Origin: Nemertoderma westbladi | Taxonomy: Eukaryota; Animalia; Xenacoelomorpha | DNA: 64,000 nucleotides | Assembly (NCBI GenBank): GCA_032718475.1 | Contig: JAUCBJ010009063.1 | Span: 1 to 64,000, forward strand | Direction of reading: 5' to 3' | Shown here: positions 50,346-63,000 of the stretch, in pieces | Layout: each line of letters opens with the position of its first letter | Position numbering within the stretch: the first letter of the stretch is position 1 | Position numbers and translations under genes: made by a program | The notes under the pieces: generated by a model | What the model was told of the DNA's origin: nothing | The model's database searches: none | What the model saw: only the letters and a program-made list of their open reading frames with translations

Positions 50346-51219
50346 AAAATAATTTTCCCAATAAGTAACTTTCTCAATAAGTTGCTCAATTGATTCTACA
50401 AAATTAATTATGAGCCTACTTTCCTAACACGTCATTAAATGCCACATCAAGAATTCCAGTAATTGAATCCACTCCAATGTAGATCAATGTAGGATTTCAC
50501 AGACATCACAAGCCCACATTCTAGTCTACAACATTAATCTCAATATTTCCAAACAATGAAGACATGTTATCGTGGTTCCTTTCAACATTATATCAGCGTT
50601 ATACGCTTTACCTATAGTTGGGCACTATAGTAGAGGTTCGCTATTTAATTCAGGAGCTACTATACAATAATTTATTTAGTATTGATCAGGTAACAATACA
50701 AATATTTATATACTGATACATATTGATATGATGATGATACATGATATGATGATACAATACAAATAATACAACAATATTTACTTTTACTTTTAATACTGAT
50801 AAGATCCAACAAAAGATACCTACAGTTCCTAAATTTCATTTTGAAGGGATTAAAAACAAAGAAAGGGAAGGAATTTAATGTCGAGACATTTAGCAAATAA
50901 AAGAAACATACAAAAAAATACGAATTTATTAATAGGAGGGCAATCATTCTCTCAGCTTAACTATGTATAACAAAAACCCAGACGAATTTAGTTTGTAAAG
51001 AAATAAAAAAAAACTTACAAATTATAATTTTATATATCAGATGATACACTCCACTTGTCTACGTATACACGTATATACGTAACCTACCTTTTACTATTTA
51101 ATTAAGTTAAATAACTTTTTTAAACTCACTAAATTATTCCAACATTTTGTTGTTTGCGGTTAACTCCTCTACCTTATTAGGTTTGGAAAATTGCCTCAAT
51201 TACCTCTTGTTGCCTCTTG

Positions 51220-52243
51220 ACAATAAACAGTCACTTTACCAAATGAAGGAAAGGAGCAGGTTACAGAGGCGGGCCTTTCTAACCAAAACAATAAAGGATC
51301 ATTTAACTAATTGAGGGAAAGGAGCGGGTTACAGAGGCGGGATTTTATAACCAAAACAATAAGCAGTCACTTTACGAAATCAGGGAAAGGAGCAGTTTAC
51401 AGAGACGGGATTTTCTAACCAAAACAATAAACGATAACATTACCAATTGAAATAAAGGAGCAGGTTACATAGGCGGGTTTTTCTAACCAAAACAATAAAC
51501 AGTTACTTTACCAAATCAGGGAAAGGAGCAGGTTACAGAGACGGGATTTTCTAACCAAAAAAATAAACGATCACTTAACTAATTGAGGGAAAGGAGCAGG
51601 TTACAGAGGCGGGATTTTCTAACCAAAACAATAAACGATCACTTAACTAATTGAGGGAAATGATCAGGTTACAGAGGCGGGATTTTCTAACCAAAACAAT
51701 AAACGATCATTTATCTAATTGAGGGAAAGGGGTAGGTTACAGAGGCGGGATTTTCTAACCAAAACAATAAACGATCATTTATCTAATTGAGGGAAAGGGG
51801 TAGGTTACAGAGGCGGAATTTTCTAACCAAAACAATGAACGATCACTTAACTAATTGAGGGAAAGGAGCAGGTTACACAGGCGGGATTTTCTAACCAAAA
51901 CAATAAACTATCATTTAACTAATTCAGGGAAAGGGGCAGGTTACAGAGGCGGAATTTTCTAACCAAAACAATAAACAGTCACTTTACTAAATGAAGGAAA
52001 GGAGAAGGTTACAGAGGCGGGCCTTTCTAACCAAAACAATAAACGATCACTTAACTAATTGAGGGAAAGGAGCAGGTTACACAGGCGGGATTTTCTAACC
52101 AAAACAATAAACTATCATTTAACTAATTGAGGGAAAGGGGCAGGTTACAGAGGCGGGATTTTCTAACCAAAACAATAAACAGTCACTTTACTAAATGAAG
52201 GAAAGGAGAAGGTTACAGAGACGGGACTTTCTAACCAAAACAA
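51220..52243. repeat. 68-bp tandem array, about 15 copies, two unit subtypes
   Basis: GGAAAGGAGCAGGTTACAGAGGCGGGATTTTCTAACCAAAACAATAAAC recurs every 68 bp. Confidence 0.95.
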
Positions 52244-52394
52244 CCGGTCAGCCGGTAGGCCTACCAGTACCGTATTTAAATGGTAGGCTACACAGTAGGC
52301 CTACACAGCAGTACCGGTGCCGGTACCGGTACTAAAATACCTGCTTTATACCTACACCTGTACATGCAATACTACAAAATAGTGCTCTATATAC

Positions 52395-52600
52395 TAATAC
52401 CGGTACTGATAGCCTGAGAGAACAGTCAGTAGAGAAACCGGTAGCATGGAACCTAACGCTAAATTTCTGGAGGACATAAAAAGTCAAAAAAAAAACTAAT
52501 ACCGGTACTGATAGCCTGAGAGAACAGCAGTAGAGAAACTGGTAGCATGGAACCTAGTGGTAGATTTCTGAAGGACATAAAAAGTAAAAAAAAAGGACAA
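52395..52600. repeat. About 100-bp tandem duplication
   Basis: ACTAATACCGGTACTGATAGCCTGAGAGAACAG...GGACATAAAAAGT occurs twice. Confidence 0.85.
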
Positions 52601-53024
52601 AAAAAGGATTTAAACGGACAATAAAAATTATTGCGTAAATTTATCTATAGGCCTACTGCTTATCACTCACTATGATTATAAATTATTCCTTTTTGAAGTA
52701 CCGGTAGGGCGTGAAGAGGCATAGGCCTAGCAGCACTGCAGTCTGTAACTCTACACACACGTTGGGTGTTGACTTGACTCTATCTTGCGCATCTACGTGA
52801 TGCAGACCGCCCCGAGCGCGTGAACGTGAACTGCCGTTATTTTGAGGCTAATTTTATGCGTCGTTTTATGTGTGAATGCGTATATTTGTGGTCAAATTGG
52901 GCTATTCTATTCTGTAGACGTTTTCGGCACAATTTCAGGTCAGCAGGCAGGCAACTGTATAACAGTACTTACCCCAACAGACTCGGTCTATTCTAACTGA
53001 CATTTTGCAGATATGGACCTGATC

Positions 53025-53470
53025 ATAGGCTGCGTGTTTGCGAAGACAGATACCATTCTGCAGTTCTCCAGTCTACCGCTAGGGGGCGAAATGTCATCGA
53101 GCGAAAACCTTCTCTCATTTCGTTATTTATAATGCTTTTTAACTGATTCTTGGCAAAGGTCTATTACACCATAGGCTGCGTGTTTGTCAGCGGCGCTGAG
53201 CAGTCTGCAGTTCTCCAGTCTACCGCTAGGGGTGCGATACTTCAGACAGTGAAAAACCTTCCATTTCGTTATTCATAATGCTTTTTAGCTGATTCTTGGC
53301 AGAGGTCTATTACACCATAGCTTGAATGTTTGTGGAGGGCGCTGACCAGTCTGAAGTTCTTCAGTCTACCGCTAGGGCATGAAATGTCAGAAAGTGAAAA
53401 CCTTCTCCCATTTTATTTATATTGCTTTTTAGCTGATTATTGGCACTTGTCTACTACACCATAGGCTGCT
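53025..53470 (+). promoter_or_regulatory. About 147-bp x3 repeat, each unit with a CTCF-like core plus upstream motif
   Basis: CTGCAGTTCTCCAGTCTACCGCTAGGGGGCG at 53058-53088, with variant cores near 53222 and 53368. Confidence 0.55.
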
Positions 53471-54189
53471 GCACAACCGTTTTGTATTTACTTTGGCATT
53501 GGCAGGTAACTACTACACAGTATAAGCCACATTTTGTATTTGTAGTAGCCTGCCAAGTAAAGCTTCTTTTATTTGAGAGTACACTGAACCTTGTGACTTT
53601 TTCTTCTAAGTTACAGTAATAAATTAATTAGTTAAGTAATTTATGTTTGAATTGTTACAAGTTTGTGTACTAAAAAGCTGTGGCCGAAGGCCACAGGCTT
53701 TCTAGATGATTTATATAATTCAGTTACCACAAAATCTAGTTATACACCAATAATAATAATAATTACCACCTGTGATTGATGAATGTTAGTATTGATAAAA
53801 TCAACAAATGAATAGGATCAGTAGGATCCAGCAAAATAAAATTCCGAATTTTTCATTAATATTTTTAAATTTTATAAATGGCGACGCGTCGTCAATATTA
53901 CAGTACCACCAGCCCCCCCCCCCCCCCCCATATTTGTACGACATTTTACTACCCGGTATTTAATTGATTTTTAATAATAATAAATAGATTATTTGAATTG
54001 AATTTAATATTTTTAATATACAAAATTCTTGTTATTTTATCTGAAAAATCCACTTGGCAAATTAATACGATCAGTAGAATTTAGTCTAAAATCTATCAGC
54101 ATAATAAAATTCCGAAATTTTCATGAATATTTTTAGATATATAAGTACCACCAGCCCCCATAGGGAATAAGTTCAATAAGTGAGTTGGA

Positions 54190-54290
54190 CAGCCCATTCA
54201 ATGCGTCCGATACCTTCCCCTTACGTATTCCTCACCTGACCTCCGATTCCGCGGTCCTAAAGTAGCAGAAGTCATCCACATACTGGATGA
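54190..54290 (-). pseudogene. Small degenerate RTE-A fragment
   Basis: CCCTTACGTATTC, CCTCACCTGAC and CAGAAGTCATCCACAT match 1835-1906. Confidence 0.65.
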
Positions 54291-55917
54291 ATCCTGCTAC
54301 ATGGGATCATGGAGACGGGTCCCTTGTATATTTGGTTCGGGACATACTCAAATTTTAGTAATCCTCTAGAATTTAACATAATAATAATATCAGTTATAAT
54401 ATCATATGCAAACTTAATTAAATGATATCCATAAATTGTTAAATTATTCAGAAATTTATTGAACAACAATATAATATAATAATGATAAATAATAAATAAT
54501 AGTAATAACGTTTTTTTGCTTCTACATATATATATGCATATATATATATGCATATATATATTCTTCAAGAATGCAGCTGTTTATCTGTTAATCAGTTACA
54601 ACATATCCTCTCTTCCCCCAGGTTTCAAACAATTTATTTTGTGCTTCGATATTTTTAGCTCTATCCTCCAGTAATTTTTCCTGTTGTTCAAGGAAATTAG
54701 CGACGCTGTCCATAAAATCAATAGCAACTCTCCGCATTGTTTGTATTTCAGACCCGCCATTTCTAAAATGGAAAACACATTTAAATATCAATTACAATTG
54801 CTGTATTTCTTTATTACACACGTAATTATAGTTTGGCAGGTTATGTGCGGGCGGATCCCTATCATTACTATGATTCGTAGTAATTACATTTACGGATAAT
54901 TAATTGGACTATACGATTATGAAATGATACTAGGGGTAGTTGGTGGGTTGCTACAATATCACTACAAATGAAAACACGAAAATTGCCATCCACTCAACGA
55001 TAGAAACACCAGCTGCTGGTACTCATGACTCATGAGGAGGGCCCTGTAAGCTACTACTTTTGATTGAATGGATAGGCCCAAACTGCACAGAAGTAGGCCT
55101 ATATTACTTGCTAACATTTTTTACTCTCTCACTCTATCCCAGACAGTAATCAAACAGCAACTGTTAGTTTGTATAAAGTATTACCCCGACAGCTGAATAG
55201 CTCTTCCCAGTGAATCCTATGGGAATATCTATAAGGTTACTCACTGCTATGTTAGGTGGGAGACCAACTAATTGAATTGTAAGCACTGGGCCGTTCAAAT
55301 GTTTTATAGGTTGATGATATTGAATGAGGGGGGACCCAACTACACTACGTTTGTCTATGGACGGTCTCCTTATAGCCAGCTTGCTGGCTTTTCTAGTTGA
55401 AAATCATATTATTCTGTAAACAATAATTTACTCTTTTAAGACGAATTTCGTGCGCTTTTTTGCCGAACTGACAAATTTTGGCGACGTTCTGTGCGAGATT
55501 GGGGATTTTTGACAATATTCTGAGGCTCAAATATGTTGCTCAAATGACTGATGCATACTCGACGAGTTGAAATCGGTGAAATTCGACATTAATGTTCAAA
55601 ACAGCTATTTTTCAAAACGTCGAAACGCTATCGAAATGCCACAAAAAATATACAGTCTTCTGCGCAACCAAAATTGATGTAGAGTTTGTTATCAAAATTT
55701 TTGCGTACCTACTTGAGTTTTTGAGATATTGGATGGTTATACATACATACACACACACACACAATCACATCGTGTTTTTGAACGGCTCAACTCTTGACAA
55801 GAACTACCCTGGCCTAATAGGCAGGTTCGTTATAATTATGTATTATAAATCAGAAACAGGACCTAATTCAATATAATGAATTTAAGTGGGGGGGGGGGGG
55901 GGGGGGGGGGTAGCGCA

Positions 55918-57031
55918 TTTTCTGACTAAAAAGACGAATTTTTGGGAATTTTTGTAACATATCCTATCTGATGCAGAATTTCATGCTGAATCCAAATATG
56001 GAAACCGTTTTCCCATATAATATATAATATGATATTTGGGATAGAAGATACTATTTATCGCGATATCAGTAAAGGCGATGCAGTTTGGGGTTTGCATTCA
56101 ATTTCTGCAAATTTCTGTGCTCAGTGGTGCCAATTGGATGTCTCCACGAGAAAGAGCACAAAATTTTAATTAAGAAGGTATTTTTTTATGATTATTGGAC
56201 CTACTTGTCAGTTTATAAGACAACTTCAAAGTCTCCAGAATGAAGACGGGACTCGAATAAGCGACTCTGTGGTCTTTGCGTGATTACACGGAATAGACTT
56301 ATCGGTCATCGGAGATCTTCAAAATGTATAATCTCCAGTTCTAGTGGTCGTACGAGGTACGAAGTTCGTTTTATGCTCATTCGAAAGCTCTTTTCTCAGA
56401 GAACAAAGTTACCATTTGATTTAAGATAAAATGGTTGTGTATCAACATAACATGAATTTGGGTAAAATATGCCTTGCAAATTTTGTTCAAGTTATGATTG
56501 CTCAGGCAGCTTTCAAGAGTTTGCCAAACCACATGGTAACTTTGTCTCTGAGAAAAGAGCTTTCGAATGAGCCCAAAATGAACTTCGTACGACCACTAGA
56601 ACTGGAGATTATATATTTTGAAGATCTCCGATGACCGATAAGTCTATTCCGTGTAATCACGCAAAGACCGCAGAGTCGCTTATTTGAGTCCCGTCTTCAT
56701 TCCGGAGACTTGAAGTTGTCTTATAAACTGATCAGTAGGTCCAATAATCATAAAAAAATACCTCCTCAATTAAAATTTTGTGCTCTTTCTCGTGGAGACA
56801 TCCAATTGGGACCACTGAGCACAGAAATTCGCTGAAATTGAATGCAAACCCCAAACTTCATCTCCTTTACTGATATTGCGATATATCGGAGCCAGCATCT
56901 TCTATCCCAGATATCTCGAATACTAAGCAAGATATGGGAAATTCCATATTTCGGTTACCATATTTGGATTCAGCAAGAAATTCTGCATCAGATAGGATAT
57001 GTTTCAAAAATTCGACTTTTTGGTCAGAAAA
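55918..57031. mobile_element. Foldback/long-TIR element with about 500-bp inverted arms and a 110-bp spacer
   Basis: 55918-56418 is the reverse complement of 56530-57031 at high identity, for example GATTACACGGAATAGACTTATCGGTCATCGGAGATCTTCAAAAT and its mirror. Confidence 0.9.
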
Positions 57032-57060
57032 ATTATCATTATTCATTATAAAATTATTAA

Positions 57061-58350
57061 ATAATGAAAATATCACAAGTAAAAACAACGAGTTTTAAAA
57101 AATATCACAAGTAAAATCACCGAGTTTTGAAAAATATCAATAATATCCCGAGTTCAAAAAATATGGCAAGTAAATATATCGCGAGTAAAAATATCGTTAT
57201 AAAAAATATTACACAAAGGGGAGCGGCGGTTTCGTCGCATAAGTTTAAAGTTAATTCCCGGTAGGTGGACAGTTAGGTCCTGGTAGGTGGACAGTTAGGT
57301 ACCGGTAGGTGGACAGTTAGGTCCTGGTAGGTGGACAGTTAGGTCCCGGTAGGTGGACAGTTAGGTCCCGGTAGGTGGACAGTTAGGTCCTGGTAGGTGG
57401 ACAGTTAGGTCCTGGTAGGTGACAGTTAGTCCCGGTAGGTGGACAGTTAGGTCCTGGTAGGTGGACAGTTAGGTCCTGGTAGGTGGCAGTTAGTCCCGGT
57501 AGGTGGACAGTTAGGTCCTGGTAGGTGGACAGTTAGGTCCTGGTAGGTGGACAGTAGGTCCGGAAGTCAGGTAGGACCTTAGGACAGTTAGGTCCGGGTA
57601 GGCTGGACAGTTAGGTCCCGGTAGGTGGACAGTTAGGTCCGGTAGGTGGACAGTTAGGTCCGGTTAGGTAGGACAGTAGTAGTTCCAGTACTCCTGGTAG
57701 GTGGACATGTTAGGTCCTATGCTGTGGACAGTTAGTCCTGGTAGGTGGACAGTTACGATGCTACTCCGTAGGTGGTCAGTTAGGTCCAGTAGGTGGACAG
57801 TTAGGTCCCGGTAGGTGGACAGTTAGGTCCTGGTAGGTGGCCAGTTAGGTCCCGGTAGGTGGACAGTAGTACAAAATCGCCTCCGGTTGGTGGACAGTTG
57901 CTTTCGCCGTGTAGGACCAGCTAGTGCATAGTCTGGTACGTTGGCAGCCTCATGGAGTGAATAAGCATGGTGGACAGTTAGGTCCTGGTAGGTGGACAGT
58001 TAGGTCCTGGTAGGTGGGCAGTTAGTCTAGCAAATGTCATTGGTGATGGGAGTTGTGGCGATGCAGTTAGGTCCCGGTAGGTGGACAGCATTCTTAAAAA
58101 TGTCAGCTGGATGCAGTGCAGAGTCCTAGTAGTAGGTGGACAGTTAGGTCCCGGTAGGTGGACAGTTAGGTCCCGGTAGGTGGACAGTTAGGTCCCGGTA
58201 GGTGGACAGTTAGGTACCAATGGGTGGACCTGGACCATTAGGTACCGGTAGGTGGACAGTTAGGTCCTGGTAGGTGGACAGTTAGGTACCGGTAGGTGGG
58301 ACAGTTAGGTACCAGTAGGTGGACAGTTAGGTCCCGGTAGGGGGACAGTT
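57061..58350 (+). repeat. Second copy of the flank plus 22-bp array, interdigitated with RTE-A sequence
   Basis: Same unit as 48698-49594. RTE-A words are mixed into 57555-58135. Confidence 0.9.
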
Positions 58351-58374
58351 AACACGATACATGGAGTACAGAAA

Positions 58375-58752
58375 GTTAGTATATGTATATATTATACGTT
58401 TTTATATGTATTTATTATACGTTATTATATGTATATATTATACGTTAGTATATGTATATATTATACGTTAGTATATGTATATATTATATGTTAGTATATG
58501 TATATATTATACGTTCGTATATGTATATATTATACGTTTTTAAATGTATTTATTATACGTTATTATAAGTATATATTATACATTAGTATAAGTATATATT
58601 ATACTTTAGTATTTTTTATGTATATATTATATGTTAGTATATGTATATATTATACGTTTGTATATGTATATATTATACGTTAATACTGTATATGTATAAA
58701 TTATACGTTAGTATATATATATATTATACATTCGTATATGTATATATTATAC
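58375..58752. repeat. AT-rich 23-bp minisatellite, about 16 copies
   Basis: Unit TATATGTATATATTATACGTTAG with variants. Confidence 0.9.
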
Positions 58753-59169
58753 CTGCGTTTTAAATGTAGACAAGTGATCATGATAGGAAATAGTAAGCAA
58801 TAAAGAAACAGCAGCAAGGTAATTCGATTAAAGTTGAACATAATTATTTACAACAGTCAACAGGATAATAATCGATATAGGCGTTTTAGTTACAGATACC
58901 GTGGAAGCTTCTCTTTACTGCTGCGATTTTATTCTGTAGAAGAAAACATAAAATGTTTTAAATACAACACCAAGGTGTACTCTTTAAGTAACAAGTGATG
59001 CGGAGTGGATGGCACTAGATCAGTCTACCCTCGATTTGCTAAAGGTACTAATATTTAAAATTATACTCCTAGAGGCCGTCAGAGAGGGTGGGGTCCATGG
59101 TAAATAACTTCATGAATTAAACAATTCAAGTATAAATTTAAATAGTATTATAACACACCACAAATTTTA

Positions 59170-59660
59170 GTTTGCCTGCATCTTCAAGGTTGGTGTCCCT
59201 ATCAAGGACATCGTAGGCCATCCACCAAGCACAAAATCGTGTAAGGCCTGGTCATCACAGTGATAGCAATGTCATGCGAAGCGTAGGTGCCCCTGTTCAA
59301 GTGTTCAGTTTGGTTAAGACTTGAACACATCAGTAGAGGGGACTGATTGGAGATGAGTTAATTATACTTGACACAATGAAGCCAGTGCAGCGTTCTTGCG
59401 TATGTTCCATCCAGAGATTTGGTGTACTTAGCAGTTATTGTCCAATATGACTCCCATATAGAGTGGAGTACTCGTTCTACTGCTGCTGTAAAGAATATAA
59501 CCGTAGTCTCAAGGAAAAAAACGCAATCTGCGTTTTTTTCCTTGAGACTTCCAAATCCTGGACAGATTATTCATTGCTGCAATGACTTCTCCTTATCTTT
59601 CCAAAGGACTTCACCTGACTTCCGGATCCATGACCCAAGTCACAGAAGCGAACTAATGTA
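59170..59660 (-). pseudogene. Diverged RTE-A-related 3' fragment
   Basis: GCATCTTCAAGG, ACTTGACACAATGAA, CCAGAGATTTGGTGT, GACTTCCAAATCCTGGA and CACCTGACTTCCGGATCCATGA match 1400-1900. Confidence 0.8.
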
Positions 59661-59867
59661 CCTAATCTAAGATCTACATGTTCAATGGGGTTCACGACTC
59701 AAATTCAAAACCAGATTAATTAGATGCAATAATATCACAGAAACACAATGGCGTTTACATAATTCAATAAGATGCTAAAATAGGTGTATATTGGTGAATT
59801 CAGCTTAAAATAATGGTGTATTCTGTATTCAGTATTAAGTTTGACTAATAAATCTGTTAAACCCTTT

Positions 59868-60056
59868 GACCATCTGAAATTCTAGTCGATTAAGATATCG
59901 CGGCACCCACCCATATACTTGAAAGACAAAATTCTAGTATCAGTGGTTAACGTCCCCAGACATGTTCTAGAATAAATCGGTGCCCATCTTAATATTAACT
60001 ATTTGTTAAATATTCACAACGTTGTTATAACAAATGTTAAAATAAAGAAAAAAGAA
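59868..60056 (+). mobile_element. Short retroposed fragment with an A-rich tail, flanked by an 18-bp direct repeat
   Basis: AAATCTGTTAAACCCTTT at 59850-59867 and 60057-60074; AATAAA and an A-rich tail precede the second copy. Confidence 0.55.
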
Positions 60057-60071
60057 AAATCTGTTAAACCC

Positions 60072-63000
60072 TTTTTTTTTTTTTTTTTTTTTAACGTATA
60101 TTAATCCAAATAAATGGAGCAATTGGGCAACAAGCTCTAAAGCTTATAAAAGCCCTCTTGCCGATTAATTACATATTTATGTTTATTGCACCACGGACAC
60201 AGATAAATGTTAAATGAAACAAAAGCACACTTTGTTATCCACTGTACGTGATACACATCACACACACCACACGCACAAAAGCACCACACTCACAAACGCA
60301 CCCAAACCAAAAAAATGAGATTAGGGCATCAAAAGTAAACCAGCCCTGACCGTTGCTAGTACCATTAATCAGATCGAAATTTATTGTTAAATTCAGAAGT
60401 TATGAACGAGTAGTGTGTAAAATAAGTAAAAATTAAGATTAAAAGATATGTGTTGCAATCCGCAAGATATAAAAGTTTAAAGGGGCAAATATTTGGAAGA
60501 ATAAGTAAACCACTAACAAAAATTAAAAAAGACTAAATTCTAGAATTGTTTTGCACTTTATTATACATATGTTGTTCTGTTCCACTATGTTATTACTGTA
60601 ATTTAAAACCTGAAAGAGAAAACCAGTGGTATGTTGAGACGGACGTACAGACTACCCTAATAGCCGAGACTGTTAAATCGACCTGTATTGAATACGAATA
60701 TTGTAATTACATCGATAAGGGCGACCGCCTTGTCGCGCAGCACTGTCGTGGAGACTGGGTGACTGTCAGGTCCGTATGGTGGGCCAAATAAGATAGTGGT
60801 AAGTGTTGGTCTTAGTCCTAAAGCCGAAATAGCTGCATGCAATATAATATGGTGAGAATGAAATAGTGGGCATTCCATAAAGTAGTGGAAAGCGTCCTCC
60901 CGTTGATGGCCACAGGAACATGATTTGACGGTTTGGACATGATTGGAGTAAAGGTCAGAGTTCAGAGATGAGCAATTACATCTCAGTCTGGCAAGTAAGC
61001 CGTTTATAGTTGGAGACCCAAGGGAGTAATAGGGAGGGATTGGATGCAGAGAACAAATTATAGGCAATACACTTTGCTTAAAAGTTGTGATAGAGTCTGC
61101 GGACTGCTTATCTGTAGGAAGACTGTTCCAGAGACGAACGACGGAAGGCAAGAATGAGTCTCTGTAAAAGTTTCTGCGTGCCATTGGCGGACGAACATTA
61201 CCAGAGTTACGGGTGTCATAGACGCTGGCAGACCTTACAACAGGGGGAAGCATGTCTAGTAAGTGCTGTGGGGCGTAGCCAGACATCATTTTATAGAAAA
61301 TACACAATTTCTGATAGTCCCGTCTTTGTTGAAGTGGACATAGACCAGACTCCTTGTACAACTTGTTTGTGGGGCAAGATATTATTAATCGACACACGAT
61401 TCGAATTGCTTCCTTATTTAGGAGCTCCAACTCAGTTTTGAGTTCCTGAGAACAGTTGTTCCAAATGGCACCGGCGTATTCCAGGTTTGAACGAACAAAA
61501 GATTTGAAAATGTTCATTAATGCGTCTCTACCAACTTTGTACTTAACAATTCTTAACATGTTTAACTTCTTGTTGGCAGCGACGAGCATTTTTGCAACCT
61601 GTGAATGCCATCTTAAGGAGGATGAGAAGATGAGGCCGATATGCCTATGCTCTGAGACTTCTGGGATAGGAATACCATTGAGAAATAAGGGGAGGTGATT
61701 TGGGTCGCGCGATCTGCGGTGGGAAAAAAGCATACACTCAGATTTAGCAGGGTTAAATTTGACCAACCATCTTGCTCCCCAATTGGAAATTGAGTTGAGA
61801 TCCGCATTAAGTGCGGATGCGGCAAGGATACAATTCGACCTAGAGTTGACTTCTATGTAAAGAGCTGTGTCGTCAGCATAGAGACTAATATTACCAGTGA
61901 CTACGTCTACTATGTCATTGATAAAAATCAAAAACAGTAATGGGCCCAACACAGAACCTTGTGGAACTCCAGCCAAGACCTTAACCCATGATGACTGTTG
62001 ACTATTCACTACGACGCATTGAAAATTATCTCTTAAATAGTTATGAAGCCATTCAAGAAGCTTTCCTCCAATACCCATGTTTTCGATTTTATATAGAAGA
62101 CTTTTGTGGTGGACTTTATCAAATGCTTTGCTAATATCCAGGAAAACTATGCGTACCTCTTTTCCTTGGTCTAAGGCATTAACAAGGGCGTTGTAGAGAG
62201 AAATCAATTGGTAGATGGTCCCATCACCACTTTTAAAGCCAGACTGAAATTTTGAAATGTAATTTTTGACATGAGCAAAGATTGTTCTGTGGATGTAATG
62301 TTCAAACAACTTGCCGAGGTTACTAGTAAGGGCCACAGGACGGAAGTTGTTGCAAATATCGTTTGGAATATTTTTTAGGAGTGGCAAAACATAACGCAAT
62401 TTCCAGTTCTTCGGGTGAACCGCACTATCAAATATGAACTGGAACAGTTTAGAAAGGTGATTTATGATTACAGGCATCCCGGCTTTAATCATTTTATTGG
62501 AAATCCCCTCAGCCGCACAGGTAGCACTGTCAGGGTCTAAAGTTTTTATGTCACACAGAATTTCGGGCGTATGAAAGACAATCTCAGTTAACAAAGGTTC
62601 TGGAAAAGCAGTATGAGGCATAATGAAGTTTGATTCATCCAATGAATACTGGTCGTTGAAAAAGGAGTTGAAGAGGTCTGCTTTCGCTTTTGGAGTGACA
62701 GCAACAACATTATTATAAGATATTGAGGGAATCTCCTGTTCTGGTACTTTCCCCAGCAGTTGTTTACAGATCGACCACCATTGTTTACTGGAAAATCTGG
62801 TTGAAATGAGTTTGTCCGACAGGTTTGAGAAATACTCCTTTTTTGCTTTACGGCATTCAAGAATGTACTTGTTTCTGGCTAGGCGGAAACTGGTCCAGGA
62901 GTTGTCATTGTTAGTAGATTTTGCTGTCCTGTGAACTCTGTCCTTTATACGAGAGAGGCGCCTTAACTTAGTGGTGAACCATGGCTTGTCGTTTGGGCGT

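Larger units (their letters stand above)
51058..53705 (+). mobile_element. Probable non-autonomous Helitron with internal tandem repeats
   Basis: 3' hairpin CTGTGGCC-GAA-GGCCACAG (53678-53696) followed by CTAG (53702-53705). Candidate 5' end TCTACGTATAC at 51058 is uncertain, and the flanks are not a canonical A|T site. Confidence 0.5.
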
